NCBI GenBank assembly: GCA_951406725.2
Contig: OX597823.1
Span: 18,972,001 to 19,036,000 of the forward strand
Direction: 5' to 3'
Length of the DNA: 64,000 nt
Source of the DNA: Octopus vulgaris
Taxonomy: Eukaryota
Both the position numbers and the translations under genes were made by a program. Numbering within the stretch: position 1 is the first letter of the stretch; each line of letters starts with the position of its first letter. The notes beneath the pieces are model-generated. The model saw only the letters and a program-made list of their open reading frames with translations. It was not told the DNA's origin and did no database searches. Of this stretch, positions 12,677 through 26,650 are shown piece after piece.

Positions 12677-15357
12677 ATGCATAAGGAAGACGTAGAGAAT
12701 TAAAGGAATGTAAAGGGAAAAGAAAATTTGTTGAAAGGTAATGTAAAATTGCAAGAAAATGAAATGGAAAATGCATTTGTACAAGATTTATCCCAACTGT
12801 ATAAGGAAAATTACCCCGAAATATAAAAATATAAATTTCAAATTCTTCAAGTAATTGAGACAAGAATGGGACAAAATAAAATGGTGAAGAAAGACAGAAT
12901 TTCATAAACGGGATCAAAGGATTTAACCATGGGAAGTTTAAAAAATTTCAAAGTAAATGTTTAGAAGCGTGTCTCCTAGAACATATTAACTCAGACTTTT
13001 CATTGAAATAAAATGGAAAACTTCTCATTTAAACATAAGTTTAAAACGCAAATTCAAAGAGATGGATTCGTGCTTTTATAGCACTCCATTATATTTTAAA
13101 CACTTTCGCGTTTGAGTTTATCACAAGCCAAATCGACTTGGATAAACTTATCGAAGAATATTTTTTCGTACGCTGGCAAATATAGCTTAGCTAGCTAAAG
13201 CACATCTTAAATTCGTTTTCATTCAAGGCGTAATAGGACTTAAATACAGTTATTGTATGGCTACAGCATAATACGATAAACTACTACGTCGAAAGGCAAA
13301 TACTGTTGAAAGGGCAGTTGTTTGAAATAACAGTTACATGAAGGAGATACATACATACATACATACATACATACATACATACATACATACATTGTGTGTG
13401 TCTGAACAAAGTATAACCATCTTGTCTCGTTTACAAATGTATGTATGTATGTATGTATGTATGTATGTATGTATGTATGTATGTATGTATGTATGTATAT
13501 ACACAAATGTATGTACGTGTGTTTATGTGTGTATATATGTATCTATGTGCATTCATTTATATATTTATTTATGTGTGCATGCACACACACACGCACACAC
13601 ACACACACACACACGTACACACACACACACACATATATATATCACTGCTGCAAAAAATATTCTCGTAGTACTGTGAGGCATTGGGGATTAAATATTTCAT
13701 AAAAGATATATTTTTTTTAAAAAAAACATATTCTTAAACCAACTTTCAGACATCCAAAATATATCCAAAATTATTGATTGACTGACAACAATTGTGACTC
13801 TTTAAAGAAAAGGAGCGGGGTCTATACCCCAAGAGAGCTGGTGAATGTCTACATGCATAGATGTGTGTTTAAGAAGTTCATTTTACACCAATGAGGCGTC
13901 TGGTTCGCTCCTACTGAACGATACTATTGAAAACAGTTTTTTTTTTCCTACAACTCAGATTGACCAAGACCTTGTGAATGAATAAGGAAGCCTGTCTTAT
14001 GAACCTTTTATTTTGGGGTGGCAGATTTTACCCGTCGTCCTGTTTAATACTGCTGTTTCGCCCTTGGGTGCCTCCAAAGGTGATAACTCTGTTATGAGGA
14101 TAACTTTCTTTTGTCGTCCGACCTGTCTCGAAAGCCTTGGTTATAATAGATGTGTTTTTTTTTTTCTCTAAATGACAAATTTAAAAGAATAACATCCAAC
14201 TCCACCTCGCGACTTAGGAATATACCGCATCTCGTGAACAACACAAACATATCCTGTGCTGCGAGATTTATTCTTTTTTCAAAATATTGAATGTGTGACA
14301 GCACAGAAACTGATTGAGTGTTTTACAACGATCAGAGATGTTAATTTTAGTTGGCGCCAGTGTATTCATAAATTTTTTTAAATACTTTACGAATCCCTTG
14401 TTGATAATTATTTCATTTATTTTTGGAATATTTATTCTTGCTATATTGAAATATATTTATTAAATTTAATAAACTATATGACATTTGTAAAAATTACAAC
14501 CTTCAACGTAGGATTGTAGGAACATACGAATCCAAACAACTCTAATTGCTGAAGAATGCAGTCGAAAAAAAACCGCTAAAATTTAAAATTACAGGTGGAA
14601 CTCCCCAATGCCTAACAAAATATTTGACTCCATTTTCCTCCTGAAACATTTCAACAAACGTTTTTCATTTAACAAACAAACTCAAAATTTTAAAAAAAAA
14701 AAACTGAAAAAATAATTTTGTTTCACAAGGTAGCAGAATGGAGAATGGAATTTTGAATGAGAGAAATTGAAAATCTAATTTTTTAAATACCACCCAACTA
14801 TTGCATCAAGGCTAATGATGATTGGTTGCGAATTGAACAGCTTTCTGATCAGTCTTTTGTGCCTTATCGACACAAAAACCGTCATTTATCCATATCTCAG
14901 TGGTCTGCTATCGATTTTATTAAGTTGTTAACCGAAAACAATGGTACAGAAATATTTTCTCTTTATTTTGCTGTCTTCCATTTTTCTATGCCTTTATGGA
15001 GCATTTTTTAAAAAAATAATTCCCCTTTAGTGAGCTCTTTTGTCTTTCTTCCTTCTAATCCCTCACGCTCTACTTCCGGCGGCTTTCAATCACACTTTTA
15101 TTCATTTAAATTTTAATTCATTTAATATCATTATTTCTTACTTTTTATTTATTTATTACAATTATTATTTCAGCCCCCCCCCCTCATTCACTGTTTCTTA
15201 TTCAAGCTCTTTTTAATCGCATCATCTATCTCTCTTTCTAATTCTTTTCTCTCTTACATTTTCACCCTCCCATGTTTCAGTTTTTACCGTTATATTTCTC
15301 CATCTCTTTCTCTCTCTCTCTCTCCTCTCTCTCTTCCTCTCTCTCTTCCTCTCTCTC

Positions 15358-15465
<108 letters not shown>

Positions 15466-15849
15466 CATTTTCTTGTTACATGCTTTTCTCTTTTTCCTCT
15501 TCCCTTCAGCAAACATAGACGACAGCCAATGTGGTCGATTGCCGACAGCCGTAGAGGCGAGCGATTGACGGTGATATTGCTGATCATACCTACGGCCAAA
15601 GGCCTTCTAATCACTTCTACTACTTCTCCTTGTTTTGGAATAATGTATCTAATATGTTTTCCATCCTATTATCTATGACGAAAGGGTGTAATTTCAGAAA
15701 TATTTCGCTATCACAGGCACATCAAGCAACCACGTAGAGACTCCTTAATTGTGTGTGTGTGTGTGCGTGTGTGTGTATGTGTGTGTGTGTGTGTGGTGAA
15801 TGTGTGTTTGTATGTGTGTTTGTGTGAGTGTGTGTGTGTATACATACTG

Positions 15850-15920
<71 letters not shown>

Positions 15921-15924
<4 letters not shown>

Positions 15925-16110
15925 TTTTTTATGTTTCAGCGTTGAGGCTGCAGCCATGCTGGGGCACTGCCAGTGTAATCACCTCTTTAATGGCCAATTC
16001 TATAGGTTTGGCTTCTAGTGAACGAGCGAGTTCGACACCGCTGCCCTCATTTGAGTTTCCTGCCTTGATATTGGCTCATTTGGGATCTTGGATAGTAAGA
16101 GGTCAAGTTA
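15921..16110 (-). mobile_element. CR1 3' terminal fragment (same family as 6208-7906)
   Basis: The reverse complement matches 7718-7906, including the tail. Confidence 0.88.
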
Positions 16111-16264
16111 CCGTCTATATGATGACTTAACTGGCTGTAACTTGGGAGTCACTGTCAACGACACTTTCCTATAATAAATTTATACACAACAGAAGTATAG
16201 ACTAACCCATCGTGTTAATGTAAAATTGTTTTTATCATAACTGAACATAAAAACAAATATTATC

Positions 16265-16349
<85 letters not shown>

Positions 16350-16350
<1 letters not shown>

Positions 16351-16601
16351 TTTTATTCTTTTATTCTTTGATTTGTTTCAGTCATTTGACTGCGGTCATG
16401 CTGGAGCACTGCCTTTAGTCAAACAAATCGACCCCAGGACTTATTCTTTGTAAGCTTAGTACTTATTCTAAGTACTAAGCTTTTTTGCCAAACCGCTAAG
16501 TTGCGGGGACGTGAAGACACCAACATCGGTCTTCAAGTGATGGTGGGGAAACAAACACAGACACACAGACATACACACACACATGTACACACACGCACAC
16601 A

Positions 16602-16640
<39 letters not shown>
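16350..16640 (-). mobile_element. SINE A, 3' half
   Basis: Tail and CA repeat, collinear with other A copies. Confidence 0.8.
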
Positions 16641-16642
<2 letters not shown>

Positions 16643-17409
16643 TAATACATACATATAATATATATATATATATACTAGCTGACCTACCTGGTGATTCCTG
16701 GAAAAGCGGGACTTTTCCCCTGGTTCTGTTCTCATAATTGTTTCGCTAATCCAATGACAACAATACAAAGTATGTATCCCTTAAAACGGTTTTTGTTCAT
16801 TTACAAAGAATACCGAATTGCCTTACACAGGATCTTGTTTTTAGGAATTCCCAATATGAATACCGAAATTGTGAAGTCAGTTATGTAATAACATGAAATT
16901 GGTTACCCGATAGTAAGAATTCAAATAAAGTAGCCCCGAAAAGGACTTTAATGCGTTCCCAGAGTATATAGAACTTAGAAGAAAATACCAATAAGGTATG
17001 TATACTAAAATCGTGAAACTTATTACATAATAACACGCTAATCAGATAATAACAATTCAAAGTAAATATCTCTGAAAAGGGATTTTGTGCATTCCCAGAG
17101 AATATTACCCTCAGGGGCGCTAGTGTTGAAATAGATTTACAACGAATGTAGAAACAGGCTGATATTTAGTTTTACAGTAGACATACAAATAAATTTGTAT
17201 GTAGATTTTAAAATAAAATTCAGAAATACGTTTCGAGCATTGTCTTCTGTGAAATATACACGCTGGTCATTTTCAAGATGTACAGATAGAATCTAAAAAG
17301 GTGTTCCTAATGTAAACAGGGTGCGACCTTTGTGTTGACAGTGCATTTGTCTAAAAGCAGAACAGTTCTTCATGCAGCGTTTGTCAGTTGGCTGGAGTGA
17401 CATGAAAGG

Positions 17410-17720
17410 TATTTAGTGGTTAGGGCATTTGACTCCCGATCGTAAGATCGTGAGTTCAATTCCCAGCGAAACTGTGTGTCCTTAAGCAAGATACTTTATT
17501 TCCCGTTGCTCCAGTTCACTCACCTGGCAAAAATGAGCTCTACCTGTATTTCAAAAGGACCAGCTTTGTCACACTGTGTCACGCTGAATCTCCCTGAGAA
17601 CTACATTAAGGGTACGCGTGTCTGTGGAATGCTCAGCCACATGCACGATAATTTCACGAGCAGGCTGTTCCGTCGATCGGATCAACTGGGACCCTTTTCG
17701 TCGTAATTGACGTGGTGCCA
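17410..17720 (+). mobile_element. SINE D head with tail Y
   Basis: B-box GAGTTCAATTCCC and CORE-like segment, followed by ACCTGTATTTCAAA...CACGAGCAGGCTGTTCCG. Confidence 0.8.
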
Positions 17721-17737
17721 AATACATACAAACATAC

Positions 17738-18240
17738 AGTGCACCTATCACCAAAGTTGCATTGGGTTATGTGCCTACAAATTTACACAAAAGCATAGAA
17801 ATACTAGGTTTTTGGAAGAAATAGTGAAAGAAACTGGCGCAGATTCTTCAAATCCAATCTATAAATGGCACAGCGAAAATTCGTAAGATATTCCAAAGAT
17901 TCTCTATCTGACATTTTTTTAGGTGAATAGATGCCCACAACCAACTCAACCACTTATTTACAAACACTGGAGACTCTCTCAACTTATCTTGTCGCTGTGT
18001 TAGCGACCGACTTAAATTCGCCTCAGAACTTAGATAAAACTCAAAGAAAAACTATATACATACATACACACATACATACATACATGCATGCATACATACA
18101 TACATACATACATAAATACATACATACATACATACATACAGCTGAAGATCAGTGCAAAAGATAATACTTGCGCTGAACTATTGAGAAATCTGCAGTTACT
18201 CTATACAGATTACAAGTTCAGGTTTATACCCGTAATTATT
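17738..18240 (+). pseudogene. Two fragments of an RLE-type non-LTR retrotransposon C-terminus within (CATA)n
   Basis: 17740-17911 reads ...ALGYVPTNLHKSIEILGF...LQIQSINGTAKIRKIF. 18142-18240 reads [33 protein letters not shown]. Confidence 0.55.
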
Positions 18241-18251
18241 ATGTATGTATG

Positions 18252-18340
<89 letters not shown>

Positions 18341-18347
18341 TATATAC

Positions 18348-18398
<51 letters not shown>

Positions 18399-18490
18399 CA
18401 TATATATATACACACACACACATGTTATATAGATATATATAAAATACGTGTGTGTATATATATACATATGTAAGTATATGTGTGTAGATA

Positions 18491-18522
<32 letters not shown>

Positions 18523-18638
18523 GCATCTATCCACCTCTATGTCTGTCTGTCTATATATCTATCTATCTATCTTTCTACGTATCTTTCTACCGATCTATCT
18601 ATTTACCTTTCTTTCCTCTTTATCTATATATCTTAATT

Positions 18639-18694
<56 letters not shown>

Positions 18695-18901
18695 CCCTTC
18701 ACTCACATCCTTTCCCTGTTTCCTGCCCTTCCCTGCTCCCTCTATTAATTATTTATATCCAATCCATCATTATAATTCCATTATATAATTCCACATGTCG
18801 AAATGGTAAATTCTACAGAAATTGAAAATACATTTGGTCTCTTTGAATTATTATTCATTATCCATACGCCATTGACACAATTCTATAAAACAACCCCGTT
18901 C

Positions 18902-18965
<64 letters not shown>

Positions 18966-19134
18966 TGTAGTAATGATGGTGGTGGTTGAAATAAAATTAC
19001 TAATATTGTTTCCTTGAGCTATTTTTGTTTTTGTTTAGATATATTATATTGTTTTAGAGGGCAGGATATTGGCGGTTGGGAGTTTGTATTGCTCGTGGTG
19101 GTGGTGGTGGTAGTGGTGGTGGTGGTGGTGGTAG

Positions 19135-19179
<45 letters not shown>

Positions 19180-19599
19180 TGTTGGTGCTGACTTTGGGCT
19201 GATTGTGCAGTTATTACTGTTGGTGGTATTGATGGTTATGATAAAGCTAGTGGTGATGTTGGCGGTGATAGTGATGGTAGTGGTGGTGGTGGTGGTGATA
19301 ATGGTGGTGATGGTGATAGTGGTGATGTTGGTGGTGATGATGGTAGAAGTGGTATCGTTGTTTAGCCATGGGGCAACCCTGACTGAACAAACCTATGAGC
19401 CAACTTGATTCCAACTATGACCTCCCTCTCTGCTTTTTTTTTTTTTTGAAATTTCCTACATTTATCTAGGACTGTACGAAGGCAATGTGGTTTTTAAAAG
19501 CAAAAGTAGCTGCAGTTTCTAGTAGGGCCAAATGACTATATGCACCAGTGCATCCTTGACTTATTTCTCTCGCGGCACATCTTAAAGTATTGTGGTTTG

Positions 19600-19876
19600 T
19601 TCTTTATAAGGGCCGGTTTCCCGGCTTCATTGGCATGTAGGTTCCCCACCTGGATGGGACACCGGTCCGTCGCAGGTGACCTGCTAGATGCAGGAGGAAA
19701 GAGTGAGAGAAAGTTGTGGAGAAAGAGTCAGCAGAAGTTCGCCATTACCTTCTGCCGGAGCCGTGCGGAGCTTAGATGTTTCGTTCATAAACACACACAT
19801 CGCTCGGTCTGAGATTCGAACCTGCGATCCATCGATCGCGAGTTTGCTGCTCTAGCCATTAGACCATGTACCTCCA
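19600..19876 (-). mobile_element. SINE C' head with tail Z
   Basis: Collinear with 62455-62755. Confidence 0.8.
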
Positions 19877-19920
19877 AATAAAGTATAGTAAAATAAAAAT
19901 AAAGTAACTGTGTGGTAAGA

Positions 19921-20424
19921 AGGTAGCGAGCTGGCAGAATCGTTAAGAACGCCGGGCGAAATGTGTAGCTGTATTTCGTCTGCCGTTATGTTCTGAGTTC
20001 AAATTCCGCCGAGGTCGACTTTGCCTTTCATCCTTTCGGGGTCGATAAATTAAGTACCAGTTACGCACTGGGGTCGATATAATCGACTTAATCCATTTGT
20101 CTGTCCTTGTTTGTCCTCTCTGGGTTTAGCCCCTTGTGGGTAGTAAAGAAATAGGTATTTCGTCAGTCTTTACGTTCTCAGTACAAATTCCGCCGAGGTC
20201 GACTTTGCTTTTCCTCCTTTCAGGGTCGATAAATTAAGTACTAGTTGCGAACTGGGGTCGCTTAAACCGACTGGCCTCCTCCCCACAAACCACCAGCACC
20301 AAAAAATAAGTATCAGTTAAATGAGTACCAGTTACGCACTGGGGTCGATATAATCGACTTAATCCGATTGTCTGTCCTTGTTTGTCCTCTCTGTGTTTAG
20401 CCCCTTGTAGGTAGTAAAGAAATA
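19921..20424 (+). mobile_element. Cluster of B SINEs: B1 (19921-20153), 5'-truncated B2 (20154-~20300), B1 3' half (~20317-20424)
   Basis: Repeated Nin-like domain and both tail types. Confidence 0.88.
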
Positions 20425-20435
20425 GGTTTTTTTCT

Positions 20436-20527
20436 TCCCGCATAGCTCAGTCGGTAGAGCATCAGACTTTTAAGAACTGTCGAGTGATGAAATCTGAGGG
20501 TCGCGGGTTCAAGTCCCTCTGCGGGCG
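20436..20527 (+). tRNA. tRNA-Lys-TTT: tRNA-Lys(UUU) gene or pseudogene with a 19-nt intron (20473-20491)
   Basis: TCCCGCA-TAGCTCAGTCGGTAGAGC-A-TCAGA-CTTTTA-[AGAACTGTCGAGTGATGAA]-A-TCTGA-GGGTC-GCGGGTTCAAGTCCCTC-TGCGGGC-G. The exons closely match eukaryotic tRNA-Lys(UUU). Mismatches at pairs 1:72 and 50:64. Confidence 0.85.
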
Positions 20528-20533
20528 ATAAGA

Positions 20534-20538
20534 TTTTT
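20534..20538 (+). terminator. Pol III terminator (T5) after tRNA-Lys
   Basis: TTTTT begins 7 nt after the discriminator base. Confidence 0.6.
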
Positions 20539-20540
20539 AG

Positions 20541-20702
20541 GTGCAGGAGTGCTGTATGGTAAGTAGCTTGCTACCAACCACATGGTTCCGGCTTCAGTCC
20601 CACTGCATGGCAACTTGGGCAAGTGTCTTCTACTATAGCCGCGGGCCGACCAAAACCTTGTAAGTGGATTTGGTAGACGGAAACTGAAAGAAGCCCCTCG
20701 TA

Positions 20703-20754
<52 letters not shown>

Positions 20755-20800
20755 CGTGTGTGTTTGTCCCCCCAATATCGCTTGACAACCGATGCTGGTG
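20541..20800 (+). mobile_element. SINE A (head and microsatellite, tail truncated)
   Basis: GCAGGAGTGCTGTATGGTAAGTAGCTTGC...(GT)n...CTTGACAACCGATGCTGGTG. Confidence 0.85.
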
Positions 20801-22420
20801 TCGATCAAACCGACTGGAGGCTCACAAGGACCAGGTGGTGGTGGCGGTGGTAGTGTTAAATTGGGTGACGGAGGATTAAATCTATCACCCAAGTTGGTCA
20901 GGGCAGGATTTGAACTTAGAGTGCAAAGATTCGAAAGAAATACCACAAGTTATCCAGCTTGACATTTCTTATAGTTCTGCGGATCTCACAGTTCAGCTCT
21001 GATAGGAAAGAAAATCTGTACTCAAAACCTTTCCAGCTTTGACTGCTCCGTCTTTTTTTTATTTAAATCATTTCCCAGGACAGTTATGCAGTACGTTATT
21101 TTTTCATTAAATAAGTGGAATTTCAAGGAAATGTGGTTGCTATTTCTAATTTTGTGAGACAAGAACCAATTCTCAATTATTTCTTCTCATTGTACACGGC
21201 GATTCAACATACTTTCGTCACACTTTATAGAATCTAGATAATATAAACAATAAACTACGTATTATATACTTCGTATAGTACCTAGCCGGCACTTTACTGT
21301 CAACTATTTACTTTAATTATTGAGCATTTTCGTTCCTTCATTTCATTCTTTAGGAAAACAATCGTTCCTTAATAATCTCATTTTCCAAGAAAACACTTTC
21401 ACTCTCTTGCGAACGAAGTAAAAAAAGCACGACTTCATTTTTGACAAGATAAACGCATCTACTTTAATGAGAATACTGACAGTAAGACGCAAGGAGAGGC
21501 TTCGGTGTCTTATTATCTTTTATTAACTTGTTTGTAACATTTCTACACATAGCAAAAGCTCTAGAAATATTCACATTTCAAATTTAAACACTCTTCCAAG
21601 ATCAAAAGTATTTTCCTGTCGAACAGTGTAAGCATTCGTCATATATATATATAAAATGGGCGAAGGTATTTAATGTGTTTAAATAACTGTTTTTGACACG
21701 TCAAATTATATTCTCACTTTACATTGAAACAAACTACACGACGGAACAAAATCGAAGAGTTAAAGCAACTCAAGAAAGATGATACAAGCAAAGACCGCGA
21801 GAAGAACGAAGACAGAAATAAGAGGAAGTTTAATACAAAACCTGCTGACAAAAGATAAATGATCCAACGTTACTGAGTATGGACGTACAGGATGACTAAG
21901 TTATCAAAGGAAAAGGCATCAACATAAACGAAGAGAGGGAAAAACGCGAAGAACGAACAGCGAGATGGTTATACACAACATGAAGAGGGGGAGAACTGCA
22001 ATGAGATAACACGAACTAAGAACAGCGGGTAGATTATCCGTAAGAATTCCGAGAAAGGAATCACGTACGATGAGAAAATCTGAATGAAGGAAGGTTGCTT
22101 AATTTAAGAAATGTTAATAGATAAAACCACGTCGGAGACAATTTGGCGCTTGTATAAATACATCGGTATGAAACAAGTTTTAACTGAACTCTATAATTAT
22201 GAAGACATTGACTGAACTTATCTTTGTTGTAATGCGTTGATATTCAGAAATAAAACTCTGCGGCTGAAGAAAAGGAACCTTATTGTTTTAGAATTCAAAA
22301 ACAGATATATCATAGAGAATTGACAAGAAACGATTGCCCAGCATGTGGCTAACATTGCGCTACTGATGCCAATGAAGCTGTACAATATCGGAGAAAAGAA
22401 GCTTAAAATTAAGAATGACT

Positions 22421-22648
22421 AAGGCGGCGAGTTGGCAGAAACGTTAGCACGCCGGGAGAAATGCTTAGCGGCATTTCGTCTGTCTTTACGTTCTGAGTTC
22501 AAATTCCACCGAGGTCGACTTTTCCTTTTATCCTTTCGACGTCTATAAATTAAGTACCAGTTACGTACTGGGGTAGATCTAATCGACTGGCCCCCTCCAC
22601 CAAACTTTCGAGCCTTGTGCCTAAAGTAAAAAAGATTATTATTATTAT

Positions 22649-22698
<50 letters not shown>

Positions 22699-23514
22699 AG
22701 GCGGCGAGCTGGCAGAAACGTTACCACGCCGGGCGAAGTGCTTATCAGCATTTCGTCTGTCCTTACGTTCTGAGTTCGAATTCCGCGGAGGTCGACTTTG
22801 CTTTTCATTCTTTCGGGGTCGATTAAATAAGTACCAGTTGGGGTCGATATAATCGACTTAATCCTTTTGTCCCCTCTATGTTTAGCCCCTTGTGGGCAAT
22901 AAAGAAATAGGTATTTCGTTTGCCGCAACGTTCTGAGTTCAAATTCCGCCGAGGTCAACTTTGCCTTTCATCCTTTCGGGGTCGATTAAATAAGTACCAG
23001 TTACGCACTGGGGTCGATATAATCGACTTAATCCATTTGTCAGTCTTTGTTTGTCCCCTCTGTGTTTAGCCACTTGTGGGTAGTAAAGAAATAAGAATCG
23101 TTAACACGCCGGGTGGAATGCTTAGCGGTATTTCGTCTGTCTTTACGTCCTAAGTTAAAATTCCGCCGAAGTCGACTTTGCCTTTTATCCTTTCGGGGTT
23201 TATAAATTAAGTACCAGTTGCATACTGGCGTCGATCTAATCGACTGGCCCCTACCCCCAAAATTTCGGGCCTTGTGCCTAGAGTAGAAAAGAATGTTTAA
23301 GGCGACGAGCTGGCAGAATTGTTAGCACGCCGGGCGAAATGCTTGGAGGTATTTCGTCTATCTTTACGTCCTAAGTTCAAATTCCGCCGAGGTCGACTTT
23401 GCCTGTCATCCTTTCGGGGGTCGATAAATTAAGTACCAGTTGTGTACTGGGTTCGATCTAATCGACTGGTCCCCTGCCCCAAAATTTCGGACCTTGTGCC
23501 TAAAGTAGAAAGGA
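22421..23514 (+). mobile_element. Head-to-tail cluster of five B SINE units (B2, B1, truncated B1, truncated B2, B2)
   Basis: Units start near 22421, 22698, 22910, 23094 and 23299, all in the same orientation. Confidence 0.9.
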
Positions 23515-23842
23515 ACGAAATTACTGCTGTGTTTATAGGTGGAAAATGGTGGCCCTCCAGGAAACGGAGATATCATGATTCGTCTAAGAAACAGCACTGC
23601 CATCCCGCTATCAAGGCTTTCCATATTTATCGTGTCTTCTTGATTCAACGATTTACTCTTTTATTTCGCAATGATGAGTTGGAATGGTCGAAATGAAACG
23701 ATTTGGCGCCGCTGTTTTGTCGCTGACGGTTTGGCACAGCTGACTGGGTATTCAGCTTTGTTTTGGCGAGAGTACTTTTTGGCGCCACGCATGCAAGACT
23801 CCAGGAGCCCCGACAAAACTTGCGATAAAGAGAAAATACTAA

Positions 23843-24252
23843 GAGAAGAAGAAGAAGAAGAAGAAGAAGAAGAAGAAGAAGAAGAAGAAGAAGAAGAAGG
23901 AGGAGGAGAAGAAGAAGAAGAAGAAGAAGAAGAAGAAGAAGAAGAAGAAGAAGAAGAAGAAGGAGGAGGAGGAGGAGGAGAAGAAGAAGAAGAAGAAGAA
24001 GAAGAAGAAGAAGAAGGAGGAGGAGGAGGAGGAGGAGAGAAGAAGAAGAAGAAGAAGAAGAAGAAGAAGAAGAGGAGGAGGAGGAGGAGAAGAAGAAGAA
24101 GAAGAAGAAGAAGAAGAAGGAGGAGGAGGAGGAGGAGGAGAAGAAGAAGAAGAAGAAGAAGAAGAAGAAGAAGAAGAAGGAGGAGGAGGAGGAGGAGGAG
24201 AAGAAGAAGAAGAAGAAGAAGAAGAAGAAGAAGAAGAAGAAGAAGAAGAAGA
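23843..24252. repeat. (GAA)n/(GGA)n compound microsatellite
   Basis: Direct reading. Confidence 0.95.
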
Positions 24253-24445
24253 TTCTAATTGGGCCCCCTGCAAGGTCATGCGCTATTTATCTTGATATGA
24301 GATCACTATGTTGCGCACATATGGTTGTGATACATGTGCCTAGTGTACCCCTATCAGACGGGTAGTCATGATGGGTATACTGGGCTTCGTATATTTTATC
24401 CCAGTGTCACTTCGATAGCATGCACTGCTCTCTAACTCAATAATA
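24253..24445 (+). mobile_element. Dispersed repeat family F, 3' part (ends in TAA repeats)
   Basis: Matches 50270-50462 (AAGGTCATG...CTCTC..ACTCAATAATAA). Confidence 0.75.
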
Positions 24446-24750
24446 AGAAGAAGAATATTAAAAATAATAATATGCGTGTATATGTTTGTGTATCTGTGTT
24501 TGTCCCCCCCCCCCCCAACATCGTTTGACAACCGATGCTGGTGTGTTTACGTCCCCGTAACTTAGCGGTTCAGCAAAAGAGACCGATAGAATAAGTACTT
24601 GGCTTACAAAGAATGTGGTGGCGGCGGCGACGGCTGCGATGTTGGTTGGTTTTTTTTGTTGTTGTTTTTTTTTAATTATCCCAGAAACGATGAACAGCGA
24701 AATTCCCCCCTGCTGAATTTGAACTCTGAATGCAACCATACACGGCGAGG

Positions 24751-25510
<760 letters not shown>

Positions 25511-26059
25511 TTGCTCCCGGAAAGATGAAAGACAGTTTCATCATCTCCAACACCTCCACCATCATCACCATCAGCATGACCATCAATATCATCACCATCA
25601 TCAGCAGCAGCAGCAGTAGCAACACTACCACTACCACCACAACCACCTTCATCAATGTCATAATCGCCTGTACTACCCGGATCATCATCATCATCTCCGT
25701 CATCATAACTACCGCCGACACCACCGCCACCTATGTCATCGTCAGTGGTGTTTGTCAACAAGGAATTGTTTCCGAAAGCAATCACTGGTCAGAAAAAAAA
25801 TAAAATAAAATAAAATCGATGAAAATAGAATTTACCAATCAAATATAATTACATTGTCTGCGACTGTCAAGCCGAAGGGCATGGCGGGGACGGCAGTGGT
25901 GTCGGTGACGGCGGTGGAGGCAACGGTGGCAGCAGTGGTGATGGTGGTGGTGGTGGTGGTGGTAGTGGTGGTGGTGGTGGTGGTGGTGGTGGTGGTGGTG
26001 GTGGCGGCGGTGGCGGCGATGTATTCTTTATTCTGACTCGTTTCTCTTCGTTCAACTTT

Positions 26060-26303
26060 GATCATCATCATCCTCATCACCACCACCACCATCCTCATCA
26101 TCATCATCACCACCACCACCATCATCATCATCATTACCACCACCACCACCACCACCATCATCATCATCACCACAACCACCACCACCATCATCATCATCAT
26201 CACCACCACCACCATCACCCCCACCACCATCTTCACCACCACTACTAACATCACCACCACCACCATCATCATCATCACCACCACCATCATCATCATCACC
26301 ACA

Positions 26304-26334
<31 letters not shown>

Positions 26335-26378
26335 CCACCACCACCATCGTCACCACCACCACCTCTACCACCACCACC

Positions 26379-26422
<44 letters not shown>

Positions 26423-26462
26423 CACCACCATCACCCCCACCACCATCATCATCATCACCACA

Positions 26463-26493
<31 letters not shown>

Positions 26494-26528
26494 CCACCAC
26501 CACCATCGTCACCACCACCACCTCTACC

Positions 26529-26572
<44 letters not shown>

Positions 26573-26612
26573 CACCACCATCACCCCCACCACCATCATC
26601 ATCATCACCACA

Positions 26613-26643
<31 letters not shown>

Positions 26644-26650
26644 TCATCGT
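26060..26650. repeat. (CAT)/(CAC) compound repeat with higher-order duplication
   Basis: Landmarks ACAACC, CATCGTC, CCTCTACC, ATCAACACC and CACCCCCACC recur in the same order about 150-160 bp apart. Confidence 0.85.

Noticed and set aside
14550-14570. CTGAAGA...GAAA hammerhead-like match
   Set aside because: It has no convincing stems I-III, so it is probably a chance match.
21500-22400. Possible very old LINE coding remnant
   Set aside because: It is purine-rich with only faint motif resemblance (IALL...KLYN), and I could not support a family call by eye.
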